Assembly: GCA_965637545.1 (NCBI GenBank) | Contig: OZ281500.1 | Span: 23,746,001-23,810,000 of the forward strand | From: Phallusia mammillata | Lineage: Eukaryota | Direction of reading: 5' to 3' | Length of the DNA: 64,000 nucleotides | Shown here: in pieces, positions 24,896 through 36,155 of the stretch | Layout of the letters: every line of letters starts with the position of its first letter | Position numbering within the stretch: position 1 is the first letter of the stretch | Made by a program: the position numbers and the translations under genes | The notes under the pieces: generated by a model | The model's database searches: none | Seen by the model: the letters and a program-made list of their open reading frames with translations, nothing else | What the model was told of the DNA's origin: nothing

Positions 24896-26920
24896 TCATA
24901 TACTTTCTGTGTCACTAAATTCCAAAATATCGGCCTCAGCTTGTGCAGTTTGCTGGTGTAATAATGTGAGTCCAGTTAAATCCTCAAGATAGCTGTTTGG
25001 CGAATTAAAAACATCAAGTAAAAAGTCAAACTTTTGTGACTTGTACTGATCCAAAACAATATCAGAGCATGCAGTACACTTGCTAAAAGCTTCTGTTGAG
25101 GGATATAGCACCTGATTGTTTGACAAAAATCCTCGAATTTGATGAGGCACTGGACCGAGCAAAGAGCTTTCAGCTGGGTCGAACTCTCCTTGTGCATTAT
25201 CCGGCATACACAGCTTGCCTGAAGGATGCTGTAGCACCGATGCAAGCAGCTCAACTGCCAAAGCAGATGCAATCATTGAAACACCAGGTCGTGACACAGT
25301 GCACTGTTGATCCAAACTCCTATCTCGCAAGGAATTTCCTGGTGCCACAACATCATTACAGAAATAGCAACCAAGTTTTTTAGCTGCTTGTTGTTCAGGA
25401 GTTATTATTCCGTGCCTCATGACAAGGTAAGAGTCGAATCCGAGAGCTGAATTTATTACAAGTTTATCTTTTGCGGCACACATCATTGTTGGTAACCACC
25501 GGCTCTCTCTTGTATCCATCAGGAGGAATACAACATCATGACTGTCAATTAACTCCTCCAACTGGTGAACCTCATTCTGTACCTTGGCCACAAGTTCGTC
25601 ACTGCTATGTACAGGGTGTCCAGGCATTGGGATAGAAAGCTCAACACCGACGGCATTTACTCCAGGGTAAATGAGTTTCAATTTCTCAGCAGCTGCTAAT
25701 GCTTTTGGCTTTCCTCCACTGGGACTGCAGTCAGAAAATTCAAACAATGATTGTCTTACAGGATTTGAGAAAGAAACTGTTCCGTTGTCAACCATTGTAA
25801 TATCAGTGACACCCCATCCAAGCAAGCCACGAGCTACATTGCATCCTAGAGTTCCTGAACCAAGTAACAAACACTTGCATGAGGAAATGGCTTCCAAGTC
25901 CAGTGACGGCATTAACCTCCAACGCATCAGTTTTAGATTCAAGTTAACAGACGACATTGCCAGTCTGGTAGGGTCCATACTCTCAGCAAGACTTACAGAT
26001 CTTGGTGCTAGTTTGTTTTTCTTGTTCTTTTCCCATCCTGTGGCTTCCGCGCAAATCTTAACTGGTGGTAGGTTAACTTCAAGGTACAGGCTGTGAGCAA
26101 TTGTTCGTTTGCCACTGTGAGTTCGGTCCCTGAAACAAATAACTCGAACAAGGTTGTCTACAAAATGTGATGACCAATGATACGAAATCAAAGTTAGGAA
26201 GTTTCTTAAAGGCCATGCAGGATAGTCTTCTAATGTTGATGGGTCAGCGAGTCCAAATATGATAAACTCCTTTTCTTTCAATAACCGTTCAAATTCAGTA
26301 AGGGCACAAATGTTAACGCTGACTTCATCAGACTGGAATGGATTTGAAGAGCACGACAGTAAAAAGAAGCCTGGTTTATTTGAGCCATAACTAGAAAAGG
26401 CCTGTTGCAATGAGTTTTGAAAATTTGGGCAGTTAAGGTTGGACAACGGTTTGCAAATATTCTTTACAATTGCTGTTGGATGTACAAACGCTGGAAAAGC
26501 AAACCAATAATAAAACAAATACTTCTTTAAATCAGCAAAACTGAGTAGTACAAATCTTACTAAACATGATGGATTTTTAATTGCTTCACCATTTGTTATT
26601 TGCTGCCAAAGTGTATCTGCCACATCTTGCAATATTTGTTTTTTGTTGCAACTTTTGAAATCTTCAATCGTATTTTTGTTCCACAAAGTGCCATGACTCA
26701 TAAAGCAAAGAGGAGGTGCCTTTTCCATTTTTTCAAATGCTTTATAATCCACATTGTGTCTACAGGGCAGTCCTTCAACATCAGTATTGGTGTAGAAACC
26801 GTTTAAACGTTTAGGTGCATCATCAAGTTTGTACACATTCAACTTGTTTTCGGCTAATTTATTCCAAAATCCAGATTCAATAGCACTTGCAAAAGGTAAA
26901 AACTGCACAGGGCCAGCCAT
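24896..26920 (-). CDS. ATG7: Ubiquitin-like modifier-activating enzyme ATG7 (E1-like), intronless
   Basis: 674-aa single ORF with FADLKKYLFYYWFAFPA, NLNLKLMRWRLMP, nucleotide-binding GSGTLGC, catalytic DRSLDQQCTVSRPG and GPVPHQIRGFL. Confidence 0.97.
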   Translation of the reverse strand: MAGPVQFLPFASAIESGFWNKLAENKLNVYKLDDAPKRLNGFYTNTDVEGLPCRHNVDYKAFEKMEKAPPLCFMSHGTLWNKNTIEDFKSCNKKQILQDVADTLWQQITNGEAIKNPSCLVRFVLLSFADLKKYLFYYWFAFPAFVHPTAIVKNICKPLSNLNCPNFQNSLQQAFSSYGSNKPGFFLLSCSSNPFQSDEVSVNICALTEFERLLKEKEFIIFGLADPSTLEDYPAWPLRNFLTLISYHWSSHFVDNLVRVICFRDRTHSGKRTIAHSLYLEVNLPPVKICAEATGWEKNKKNKLAPRSVSLAESMDPTRLAMSSVNLNLKLMRWRLMPSLDLEAISSCKCLLLGSGTLGCNVARGLLGWGVTDITMVDNGTVSFSNPVRQSLFEFSDCSPSGGKPKALAAAEKLKLIYPGVNAVGVELSIPMPGHPVHSSDELVAKVQNEVHQLEELIDSHDVVFLLMDTRESRWLPTMMCAAKDKLVINSALGFDSYLVMRHGIITPEQQAAKKLGCYFCNDVVAPGNSLRDRSLDQQCTVSRPGVSMIASALAVELLASVLQHPSGKLCMPDNAQGEFDPAESSLLGPVPHQIRGFLSNNQVLYPSTEAFSKCTACSDIVLDQYKSQKFDFLLDVFNSPNSYLEDLTGLTLLHQQTAQAEADILEFSDTESI

Positions 26921-27393
26921 AATCCCGTTTATTCAGTTTTCAGTAGCCCTCTCCACAAAGTACATGCATTGTTGCTCAAAATTTTCACTGAAACAAACAT
27001 AGCATTACTTCCCTTCATTGACCTGAATTGAATTTCAACGAAGTTAAACTATGCCTAATCCATACAAACAGTTATGTATGGAATAAGCTAACTTAACCCT
27101 TCACAAATGAACATTTATTTATTATTTTGTCATCTGTAGGCTACACGTTGATACGTACTACGTGGAAGATATTTCTACCCTATCTACCCTGTAAATGGGC
27201 CTATGAGGTCAAAGGTCAATAACTTCTGCTTTGTGGTACACATTTGGATCGGATTCGGATTTTCATTTACAATTTACGGCTTACGCAACAGCCGCGAGTG
27301 CGAATTGCGAACATGCAATGACTCAACGTGGTGTTTGTTTATTCACGTGCGCGTTAATAAATCTTTTTTCGCAGAGTTAGTCAGGCTGGGCAG
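26921..27393. promoter_or_regulatory. Probable bidirectional promoter between ATG7 and NRAMP
   Basis: About 470 bp between divergent ORFs. Contains perfect DR1 AGGTCA-A-AGGTCA (27206-27218), TGACTCA (~27320) and TCACGTG (27343-27349). Unpaired acceptor-like sites lie before each ORF (minus strand tttgtttcag| ~26988; plus strand ttttttcgcag| 27374). Confidence 0.55.
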
Positions 27394-29187
27394 ATGCATC
27401 AGCAAAGCCTGGTTGAAACTATTTCGTTGGAACAGAGCGTTAGACAACCGGCAGAGGTTGACGAGAGAACAATGGACGAAAATAATGAAAACAATGATGA
27501 TAGCAAGGAAGTGGTATATGTCAGCGGACGAAAAGAAACAGATGTTGCGATGCCAATAGTTGCAACTTATTTTGAGGAGAGGATCCCTGTACCACAAGAC
27601 ATGGACGAAGAAATAGACAAGTTTAAATGCGGACCGTTTTCGCCGGATATGCCCGCTTTTAGCTGGCGCAAACTCTGGGCATTCACTGGTCCCGGATTTC
27701 TGATGAGCATCGCGTATTTAGACCCGGGCAACATTGAGTCCGACTTGCAGTCAGGTGCAATTGCAGGCTTTCAACTGCTTTGGCTGCTTCTTCTGGCAAC
27801 TATTATGGGTTTGTTGATGCAAAGACTCTCAGCTCGACTTGGAGTGGTCACTGGTCTCCATTTGGCCGAGGTGTGCAACAGACAGTACAGTAAAGTACCA
27901 AGAATAATCCTTTGGCTGATGATTGAAATAGCGATTGTCGGCTCCGATATGCAAGAAGTGATTGGATCAGCTATTGCTTTCTCACTCCTGTCTGGTGGCA
28001 GAATACCACTTTACGCAGGCGTTCTTATCACTGCCAGTGATGCTTTTGTATTCCTACTTCTAGACAAATATGGTTTGCGCAAACTAGAGGCATTCTTTGG
28101 GCTTTTAATCACTTTAATGGCCATAACATTCGGGTATGAGTACATAAAAGTGGCACCAAACCAAGAACAAGTAATATTTGGAACTTTAGTCCCTCATTGC
28201 ACAAATTGCGGACCAAAACAACTGTTGCAAGCTGTAGGAATTATTGGGGCTGTTATCATGCCGCACAACATGTATCTACATTCTGCACTGGTGAAATCAA
28301 GAGATGTTGACCGCGCAAAGCCTCGCAAAATTCGAGAGGCAAACTTCTACTATCTGATTGAATCCACTATTGCTCTTTTTATTTCCTTTATTATAAATCT
28401 GTTTGTAGTTTCTGTATTTGCTGAAGCCTTTTATGAAACTACATACCCACAACTTAATGCAACATGCCAAAATGCTACTAACATTCCAGGTGCCACTCAT
28501 ATGTTTCCAATCATAAATGGAACAGATCAGGCAGTAAATGTGGACATTTATAAGGGTGGAATTCTTTTGGGATGCTTTTTTGGTCCCATTGCTTACTATG
28601 TGTGGGCAGTTGGAATATTAGCAGCTGGTCAGAGTTCCACAATGACTGGGACATATTCTGGACAGTTTGTCATGGAAGGTTTTTTGGACCTGCGTTGGAG
28701 TAGATTCAAACGAGTGGTTTTGACGCGTTCTATTGCCATCGGACCAACTCTTCTACTGGCTGTGTTTTCTGACATTGAGCATTTGACAGGCATGAACGAC
28801 CTTCTCAATGTCCTTCAAAGCTTACAACTTCCTTTTGCTCTGATACCTGTTCTGCACTTTACCAGCATGGCTTCATTAATGGGTGAATTTGCAAACAATC
28901 TAGCATGGAAAATCATTGGTTTTGTAATTTCGTTTTTAGTGTTAGTGATTAACTTGTACTTTGTTGTTGTTTATATTACAGAATTAAAGTATGTTGCCTT
29001 AATAGTATTTGCTGTACTTGTTGCATTAGCATATCTTTGTTTTGTATTTTACCTTGGTGCCTTAATGTTATCTGCCTTAACACAGTCACAGTGTCTGTCA
29101 AAATTAAAACTAAATAGTTATATGCGTCAAGATGATGAACAAGACTTAGTATCAAACCCCGAAAGTCATTCGGTAAATAATGATTGA
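27394..29187 (+). CDS. SLC11A (NRAMP): NRAMP-family divalent metal transporter, intronless (start may be the Met at ~27472)
   Basis: [67 protein letters not shown] and multiple TM segments. Likely co-ortholog of SLC11A1 and SLC11A2. Confidence 0.97.
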   Translation: MHQQSLVETISLEQSVRQPAEVDERTMDENNENNDDSKEVVYVSGRKETDVAMPIVATYFEERIPVPQDMDEEIDKFKCGPFSPDMPAFSWRKLWAFTGPGFLMSIAYLDPGNIESDLQSGAIAGFQLLWLLLLATIMGLLMQRLSARLGVVTGLHLAEVCNRQYSKVPRIILWLMIEIAIVGSDMQEVIGSAIAFSLLSGGRIPLYAGVLITASDAFVFLLLDKYGLRKLEAFFGLLITLMAITFGYEYIKVAPNQEQVIFGTLVPHCTNCGPKQLLQAVGIIGAVIMPHNMYLHSALVKSRDVDRAKPRKIREANFYYLIESTIALFISFIINLFVVSVFAEAFYETTYPQLNATCQNATNIPGATHMFPIINGTDQAVNVDIYKGGILLGCFFGPIAYYVWAVGILAAGQSSTMTGTYSGQFVMEGFLDLRWSRFKRVVLTRSIAIGPTLLLAVFSDIEHLTGMNDLLNVLQSLQLPFALIPVLHFTSMASLMGEFANNLAWKIIGFVISFLVLVINLYFVVVYITELKYVALIVFAVLVALAYLCFVFYLGALMLSALTQSQCLSKLKLNSYMRQDDEQDLVSNPESHSVNND

Positions 29188-29603
29188 ACTCGAATATGGT
29201 GTATTAATTGTACATTTATTTATTGTTTGTTTATTTCCTTATCTCTGAAAGCATTTATATGTACTAGTTCATTGTGAAATTTCTTGTGCAAACTGTAAAT
29301 AGACACCATCACCATATCAGACAAACAGTATTCATCTCAAAATTTGCATGCTACTATGAACAAAATAAAATAGATATACAGCTTTTCTAGGGTAACTTTG
29401 TTATGACTGCGATTGTTGTCAAATTTTCCTTGAAACCTTATGTGGTGCTCATAATTGTTCTTGTTATCATAAGTACTTAAGCACAACTTAACTGTGTGAT
29501 ATTGTGTCATTTTTATTTCCGTTTTGTTGATTTGTCATTCCAGGCCAATTAAATGCTATCTAGGCTGTGTTTAATGACTTAACAATAAATTGAATCCAAC
29601 CAA

Positions 29604-30956
29604 ATGTTGCTTGGAATTTTTATGGCCAGTGAAGGTGGTGAAGTTATTGTCCGAAAAGATTTTCTGTACAGTTCAACAAAATGGACGCCTGTAACTTTTA
29701 CTAGAGAGCTAAAGAGAAAAGGTAGGGATTTACCAATGTCAATCCAACTGGAAGATATGTTCTATTTCCATGTAAAGCTTGACTCTGTTTTACTGGTGGC
29801 TGTGACAACAGTAGGTACCATGTCATGTTATGTGGTGTTGGCATACTTAGAAAGCTTGTCCGATTTCCTAAAAGACCTTTTGGGCACTGTTAACCCCCAA
29901 AACATATTTTCTAATATTGGACTTGTGTACGAAGTAATTTGTGAGTCTACTGATGCTGGGTTTCCAAGACTGGTTGAAAAGGAGAAACTGAAAACGTTGT
30001 TGTGCAATGCCGTGCGTCCAGCCAAATCTAATTCTCCACATTTTCTTAGTATTTTGCCTGACAATTTATTTGGTGCTGTCGGTGACGCAAATAAACGTGT
30101 GGCATGCAGTGAAGCTACAAAGAAACCTATAAAAACCAAATCAACACAAGAGCTTGATAAACAAGAACTGTTTGTGGATCTTATTGAAAAATTATCCGTT
30201 ATTATCGACTCAAGGGGCGTTGTGTTACATTATGGACTTAATGGGAAACTTCAAGTAAAAAGCTATTTGGATAACGCCGCTAATGTCTCGGTGACATTTT
30301 CGCAAGACTCCAAACTAAAAGACGCTTTTAACAATGCTAGGTTTCACGCTAATGTTGACAAATCTAAACTTCCACGTGAGATTAGAGCGCAAGTTTGTCC
30401 TGGAACGTATACTGCCATGAACTACAGCCTGGATATTCGGGATGAAAGCACGTCTATGCCGTTTACGTTGTACGGAAATTTCGTCCCAGTACCGGAAGAC
30501 AAGCTAGTGATGATCAATTTGAAGTTACACAGTAGCCTGCCTCCGCGAAACCCTGCCACAAACTTTGTTGGGACGATACGACTGCCGTACAGCACCCTGA
30601 CGGCATCAGGTAGTTCTTCGCTAGCTAACATGGAATTAACATACGATAAACACAAGCAGTTGATACAGTTTACCAGCCCTTTGTACCCAGGAGAATCCCA
30701 CCACAGTGTCTCCGTTAAAGTGCTGGTAAAGGACTGGAGCCCTGCACTGGTGTATGAACTCAACAGTGTTGTTTTGGAGTTCGAGGCTCCAATGTTTTGT
30801 CAGTCTGGATTGCGAATCAATAATCTTAAAGTCGAGAGCCCGAACTCAACAAGCAGTGGGCCAGGTTCAGTAGTTAGTAGATGGGTTCGCTACTTAACAC
30901 ACTCAAAATCATACGAGTTCTATTTGAAGGACGACTGGATGTCGATAGGCTCATGA
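29604..30956 (+). CDS. AP4M1: Adaptor complex medium (mu) subunit, most similar to AP-4 mu-1, intronless
   Basis: 450-aa ORF with an N-terminal longin-like region, ELFVDLIEKLSVII, FEAPMFCQSGLRI and C-terminal RWVRYLTHSKSY (human AP4M1 as recalled: KWVRHLSHSDAY). Confidence 0.75.
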   Translation: MLLGIFMASEGGEVIVRKDFLYSSTKWTPVTFTRELKRKGRDLPMSIQLEDMFYFHVKLDSVLLVAVTTVGTMSCYVVLAYLESLSDFLKDLLGTVNPQNIFSNIGLVYEVICESTDAGFPRLVEKEKLKTLLCNAVRPAKSNSPHFLSILPDNLFGAVGDANKRVACSEATKKPIKTKSTQELDKQELFVDLIEKLSVIIDSRGVVLHYGLNGKLQVKSYLDNAANVSVTFSQDSKLKDAFNNARFHANVDKSKLPREIRAQVCPGTYTAMNYSLDIRDESTSMPFTLYGNFVPVPEDKLVMINLKLHSSLPPRNPATNFVGTIRLPYSTLTASGSSSLANMELTYDKHKQLIQFTSPLYPGESHHSVSVKVLVKDWSPALVYELNSVVLEFEAPMFCQSGLRINNLKVESPNSTSSGPGSVVSRWVRYLTHSKSYEFYLKDDWMSIGS

Positions 30957-32049
30957 TTGCGTGGTGGAAATTCGGGCGGCGTATAGGGATTTTCCAGCAG
31001 AAGATATTAAGTTGCGTTTAAGTTTGGAAAACAAAGCAATCGAAAGAGCTGTACCACTGGTTCAACTATCAAGTCGGGAATAGCTGCGCAACGTTGCAAT
31101 GTTTTAAGACACGAAAAAGTTATGGGGACCATTGGATTAAGGTTGGACGCGCTGTAGCTACATGGTCATTATAACACATAATTTGATAGGGCTAACAAGA
31201 ACATTAACTTGGATTCGTTTGGTTAAACGCAACAGTCCCCAAAAAACAACCGGTGTGAACCAAAATTATTTTTTGGATTTTTCAAAGTTAAGCCGTTGTT
31301 GTTGTGGTTGTTTTGCGTGTGCACAATGACATTGGCAGTTACTTTGAATTTGACCAAGTTGTCGATTATCATTTTGTGACTCATGCTTCCGAAAGTGTGT
31401 TTATGTCACGAGTTTGACTTGTGTTATCGCGCAGCAGTACAAAACGTTACCCGTTTTAGGAAGTTACCATGAATGCACTTTACAAAGATGCCATGTTCAA
31501 AATTGCCTTACCCGGATTTTCTAGTACTAAACGCTTTAAATAAGTTTTTAAAATGCAATTTCCTATGTACTTACAACAGCTGATAAAAATTACGTTAAGT
31601 CTTCAACTATTTAATTTATAACCCATGATAAGTACATAGTCAGGCATTTGGACAAAAAACTGCAAGTTTGCAAAACAAACAACAACAGTCGTTATGCAAC
31701 GCGATTAAAACATTGCAAATATTGATCCTTGTGTCATGCGGTGCAAACCACATATTGACTATGTCTGAGTGTTTAACAATGTCAACTGGGTTTACTGATT
31801 TTGTAACAGCATGTTTAACACGTGATAAATACAATGATCACAATTAAAACTGACAGAGCATGAATGCGTTGAATATACTTTGTTACGACAACAATCGGTA
31901 TTGTTATTAACAGTGTAATTAGCTATTGTTGAAACCTGTTCAATAGAATGTATTTATTATATACAAGCTTTCTGCCGGTTTTAATTGTGATAAAGCTAAT
32001 TGTAAAGTCCGTGTCCAGAAATTAAACCTTACTTGTATATTCGTTATAA

Positions 32050-32228
32050 CAGTGGTGGGATTCAGCCGGTTCGCACTGGTTCTATTACACCGTCTCACGA
32101 AATTTTATGAGATCAGCGAACCGGTTAGCGTTACTGGTTACTGTAAATGCACTTTTTGGAATAGAACCGACTGAAAAATATAACTTTTGTGATAGAACCG
32201 GCGGAAAAAAATTGGAATCCCACCACTG
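32050..32228 (+). mobile_element. MITE family D, copy 1
   Basis: TIR CAGTGGTGGGATTC...GAATCCCACCACTG; TSD CGTTATAA/CTTTATAA. Confidence 0.85.
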
Positions 32229-32485
32229 CTTTATAAGTGACATCCTTTTGTCCATGCAAATCTATTCAGTTTCTGTTCACAAATTTGCAATAGGAAAACC
32301 CCAATCATTGTCGAACGAAAAAAGCTGCCATTAAAACGTGCTTAAAATGCACAATGTCGTGACTGCATACAGCATTCAGTTCACGGAAAAAGGTTTGCCC
32401 GAACCAATGTCAGCACGATTGACTGTGTCAAGCATGTCACGCACACTCTTGTTAAGTGTAAACGTGCAAAGCTTCTACATGTAGC

Positions 32486-32665
32486 CAGTGGTGGAATTAA
32501 AATTTTTTGTCAGCCAGTTTTTTCATAAAATTCACATTTTTCAGCCGGTTCTGTTACAAAAAGTTCATTGACAGTAACCAGTAATGCTAACCGGTTTGCT
32601 GATCTCATAACATTTGGTGAGACGGTTCTATAGAACCGGTGCGAACCGGCTGAATCCCACCACTG
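32486..32665 (-). mobile_element. MITE family D, copy 2 (inverted relative to copy 1)
   Basis: Reverse complement of 32050-32228, 257 bp downstream of it. Confidence 0.85.
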
Positions 32666-33606
32666 AATGTAATCTGTGTTAAAATGAGTGCTTATAGTTT
32701 TCAGGATGATGCTCGTTCAACACGCCACTTTTGGCCCACGCACCGGAAAAACTAAATCATTTGTTTTCGATTGGTGGAAATGACTGTATAAATCAATGTT
32801 TGGCAGTTCTGTGATTTTAATTGTTTTTATGTTTATCATGGGTTAGTGAGTAAGGCATGAATGTGTTATGTTTACAAAAAAATGACCCGCCGTCGAGCCA
32901 GCTTTATTGAAAGTAGGCTACGTTGGATCTTTTATTAAAGCTTTTTCGACTTGTGGGTGATCTTAAACAATTTCTCGGTTTTGTGGGTTGCAGCACTTCC
33001 TGCTCAGGGAACCCAAGTGGTCGTGGTGGCATTAGAACCGACTACCTCGCAAACACCAGTTGTGTTCAATTCTGGGTCAAAATTCTTGCATTTCTTCCCA
33101 TTTTGCCTCCAGCTAGATCAGGATAAAATTGACAATATCCAACTCAGGAGAACGTATAAATTTGTCGGTTTTATGCTAATTTTCAACCCACTAGTCAAGT
33201 ATTTGACAAATGACGGCAATTTGCGCCATGGCTGAATGGGCACTGGTATTGGGAAGGCAATGCCACTCACAGCTATACACTGTTCATTTGTTCAGATCTG
33301 TCATTTGTGTTTGCGGATCGCGGTGTCGTGGACTTTGGACGCAGTTATTACGTAAAAAAGTCACATTCATTACGTAATAATACAAGTAGTGTTGCTACGA
33401 GGCATACTTGTATGAACCATATTTTGCTGTCTCGGGAAATGTGTATAGTTACGTAACAATGCCGCGGTTTTTGGGTCCTGTTAAACTAGCCTACTCGACA
33501 AAACCAGGGTTTTTGTTTTACTTATGGAACGACCATTTCGACAAATCCAATAAATGTGAAGAGTCATTACTGACTTATGTATTTTTAATCAATCCTTACT
33601 CCAAGT

Positions 33607-33702
33607 CTTAGCGGTGGGATTCGAACCCACGACGGGACCCGGGTCTCTGTCTACAAATTGAGCTACACAGGCTCCGTGGTTACCCCACTGAGAGTCGGAT
33701 CA
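33607..33702 (-). mobile_element. tRNA-derived (SINE-like) element, degenerate
   Basis: Minus strand shows A-box TAGCTCAATTTG and B-box GGTTCGAATCC; shares the body and a ~30-nt 5' leader with 37523-37625. Confidence 0.5.
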
Positions 33703-34135
33703 CGTGCACCTACTACGGTAACTATAGGGGTTGTCTGGACAACCATTAGTAAACAAAAAAATAAATAAAATGATTACATCTTACTGCGGTCAATGACTCT
33801 TGCTAATAACTAAAAGGACTTTATTTGGCAGCAGGTGGCACAATTGTTTTAAAAAAATACTACCTATCGTTTTACACTGAGTAAAAAACAAGTGGACTAA
33901 TCCAGTTTAATTATGGAGCCAAGCCAAAAACATCCAAAAAGTATAAAATCCACAATCTGGTACCATTCCGTAGAAAATATCAGTGTCATATTTTTGTGAA
34001 ACAATGTGGTCTTGTGGTATTTTAACTATCACTACATGATTTTCTTGTTCATGTGTTGCAGTAACAATGTTTTAAGAGGACCCTGTAACTCTTCAAGCAA
34101 TGTCTTTTTCTTGCACGTAGTTGGTCTCATTTTTA

Positions 34136-36155
34136 TCATCTCTTCTTGGATGTTGTTCCGAAACCCCCGAATCCCATGAGAGCTGCAACATCACTATCAC
34201 CGGGATCTTCCTCTTCAGCTTTTCGTTTTCTTTCTTTTCGTTTTTCTCTCCTGTGAGCTTTTAATCTTTCCTCCTGTAAACATTAAAGTGCCAAATTAAC
34301 TATTTTTGAGGCTAATAATTCCAACACTATAGAGTGCTGTTAGCCTGCTACACTAATCTTTAGATCAATGTCTTGCCACCCACTGCATCAATGAGACATT
34401 AAAAGATCAAAACAGCGTGCAATGTCTGCAGCTAACTTTTAATTATGTGAGAAAAATAATTAAAACTTTAACAACTAAATAAGTGGTTTCCAACCTTTAT
34501 TGACGATTTCCTCACTAGTAGATTGTTATTTAAAATTGGGTCCTTTATCAACTTCACATGTTATATTCCCAGAGTTAAAGTGTCTATTTACAAACCACAT
34601 GTACAAATTAAAGTAAATTCCTCCTCTGAAGTTTTAAAATCCATCCCTTGAGACTTCCCCCGGTTGGGAACCACTGAACTAAATGATTAAAACTTAAGGA
34701 ATGAAAGTTTTGTCACATACATCTTCTTTTAATTCTTTCATTCTCTCTTCAAAGTCGTATTGTTTCTTTTTCTCTTCCCTCTTTTTCTTGTTCATTTCAA
34801 ATCGCTTTTGAACTTGATCAAGACTCGAACGTTCAACTTTCATTGACATACCCAGGTTTCTTTGATCTGTTAAGACATAAAAAGTTTAAATGGCATTGTA
34901 TAGATAAATATAATTAAACCAAGATTTGGTTCATCACAAAATAATCTAACTAGCAATAAAGAACCACAAAAACACACTAGCTTTAAAATAAAACTGTAAT
35001 GGAGCATATGGTGAATATATACATTTTATTGCAAATATTTTTTGCTGGTGGCATTATCTGTGTTTCAGTGCAAGGAGATTTTGTTCTGGAACAAGCAACT
35101 ATGAAAAGAAATGTACCAATTACATTGAAAACACACATGCTCATGTTTAATTTACTAATCATTTTACTGGAAAACTAACTGGAATTTTCTCATAATCATT
35201 AATAGGCCACAGTTTGAGAGACAGTATGTAAAAAACGAGCATTGCAAACAACTGGAATTTTCTGAAGAACATCATAAGCTCACCCTGTTTGTAAACATTC
35301 AATGCAACTAAAAATTCTGGTAGCATGTCACTTACGTTTTTTTCCATTGATATGGTCGAGAAAGTTGATGGAGTCTTTCACCACACAGTCGCACACATTA
35401 CAGTAATAACCTCCACTGTCAGATGCAGCAGTCGTTTTACTAATGACCACGGATTTTCCAAGGTTGGAATCCAAGTCAATTTTGTATGACCGAGCTTTAA
35501 GCAGTTCTCGCTTCACAGGTGTTTCATCTTCTATAAAAAGACAAAATAATTAATGTAGCAATGTTTAAGCAAGAGAAAATCTTTAAAATATCTCCTTCTG
35601 TAATAGGTCTATTCAGCCTAACTTCGGGGGAAATTATTGTTAAATATCTATTCAGCCTGATTGTGAAAATAAATGTGTCTCTAACTCACAAATATACACA
35701 GATTGCATTTCCTATGTTGTTGTCTGGCAAAAATACAAAACAAAATCTTACTGTCAGGTTTGTCAAATTCTTCAGTTAGTCGCTCTGTGGCAAGTTTTTC
35801 GTATTCTTCTTTGTCCCATTTTCGACGATGGTCTCCAGGATCCTGCATTTGTTGGAAATGAAGAAGTTTTTTCTCTAATTACTTAACAATAAAAATGCGG
35901 TTTCTTATAATTAAAAGTTCAAGCCACCTTTCATTATGGCAATTTGCAATGCCAGTAAGGTTAACCATTAAAGGATTTCACAGTTAGGAAATGTTTTTGC
36001 TATAGGGTTGTGTTTAGACTGTAAAATGCAAACAAAAACACCAATCAGTTATGGGTGTAAGGTTTCTAAAATTGGCGAACTTTCACTGATAACAACCCTA
36101 ATTTGGACATAAACTTACTGGTAAAAGAGAAATAACTTACTGTTGCTGAAGACAT
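34136..36155 (-). CDS. ZMAT2: Zinc finger matrin-type protein 2; exons 36155-36141, 35842-35752, 35530-35336, 34866-34721, 34273-34136
   Basis: [51 protein letters not shown]-terminal [11 protein letters not shown]; all junctions GT-AG and in frame. Confidence 0.95.
34481..34676. mobile_element. MITE family B in ZMAT2 intron 4
   Basis: TIRs as family B; perfect TSD AACTAAAT. Confidence 0.85.

Noticed and set aside
29188-29603. Iron-responsive element in the NRAMP 3' UTR
   Set aside because: I looked for a CAGUGH-loop hairpin and found none by eye.
24976-30763. Antisense and alternate-frame ORFs over ATG7, NRAMP and AP4M1
   Set aside because: Expected shadows of long coding sequences.
32923-33235. 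67-aa and 94-aa plus-strand ORFs with a hydrophobic start
   Set aside because: Non-ATG starts, no homology recognised and no exon chain.
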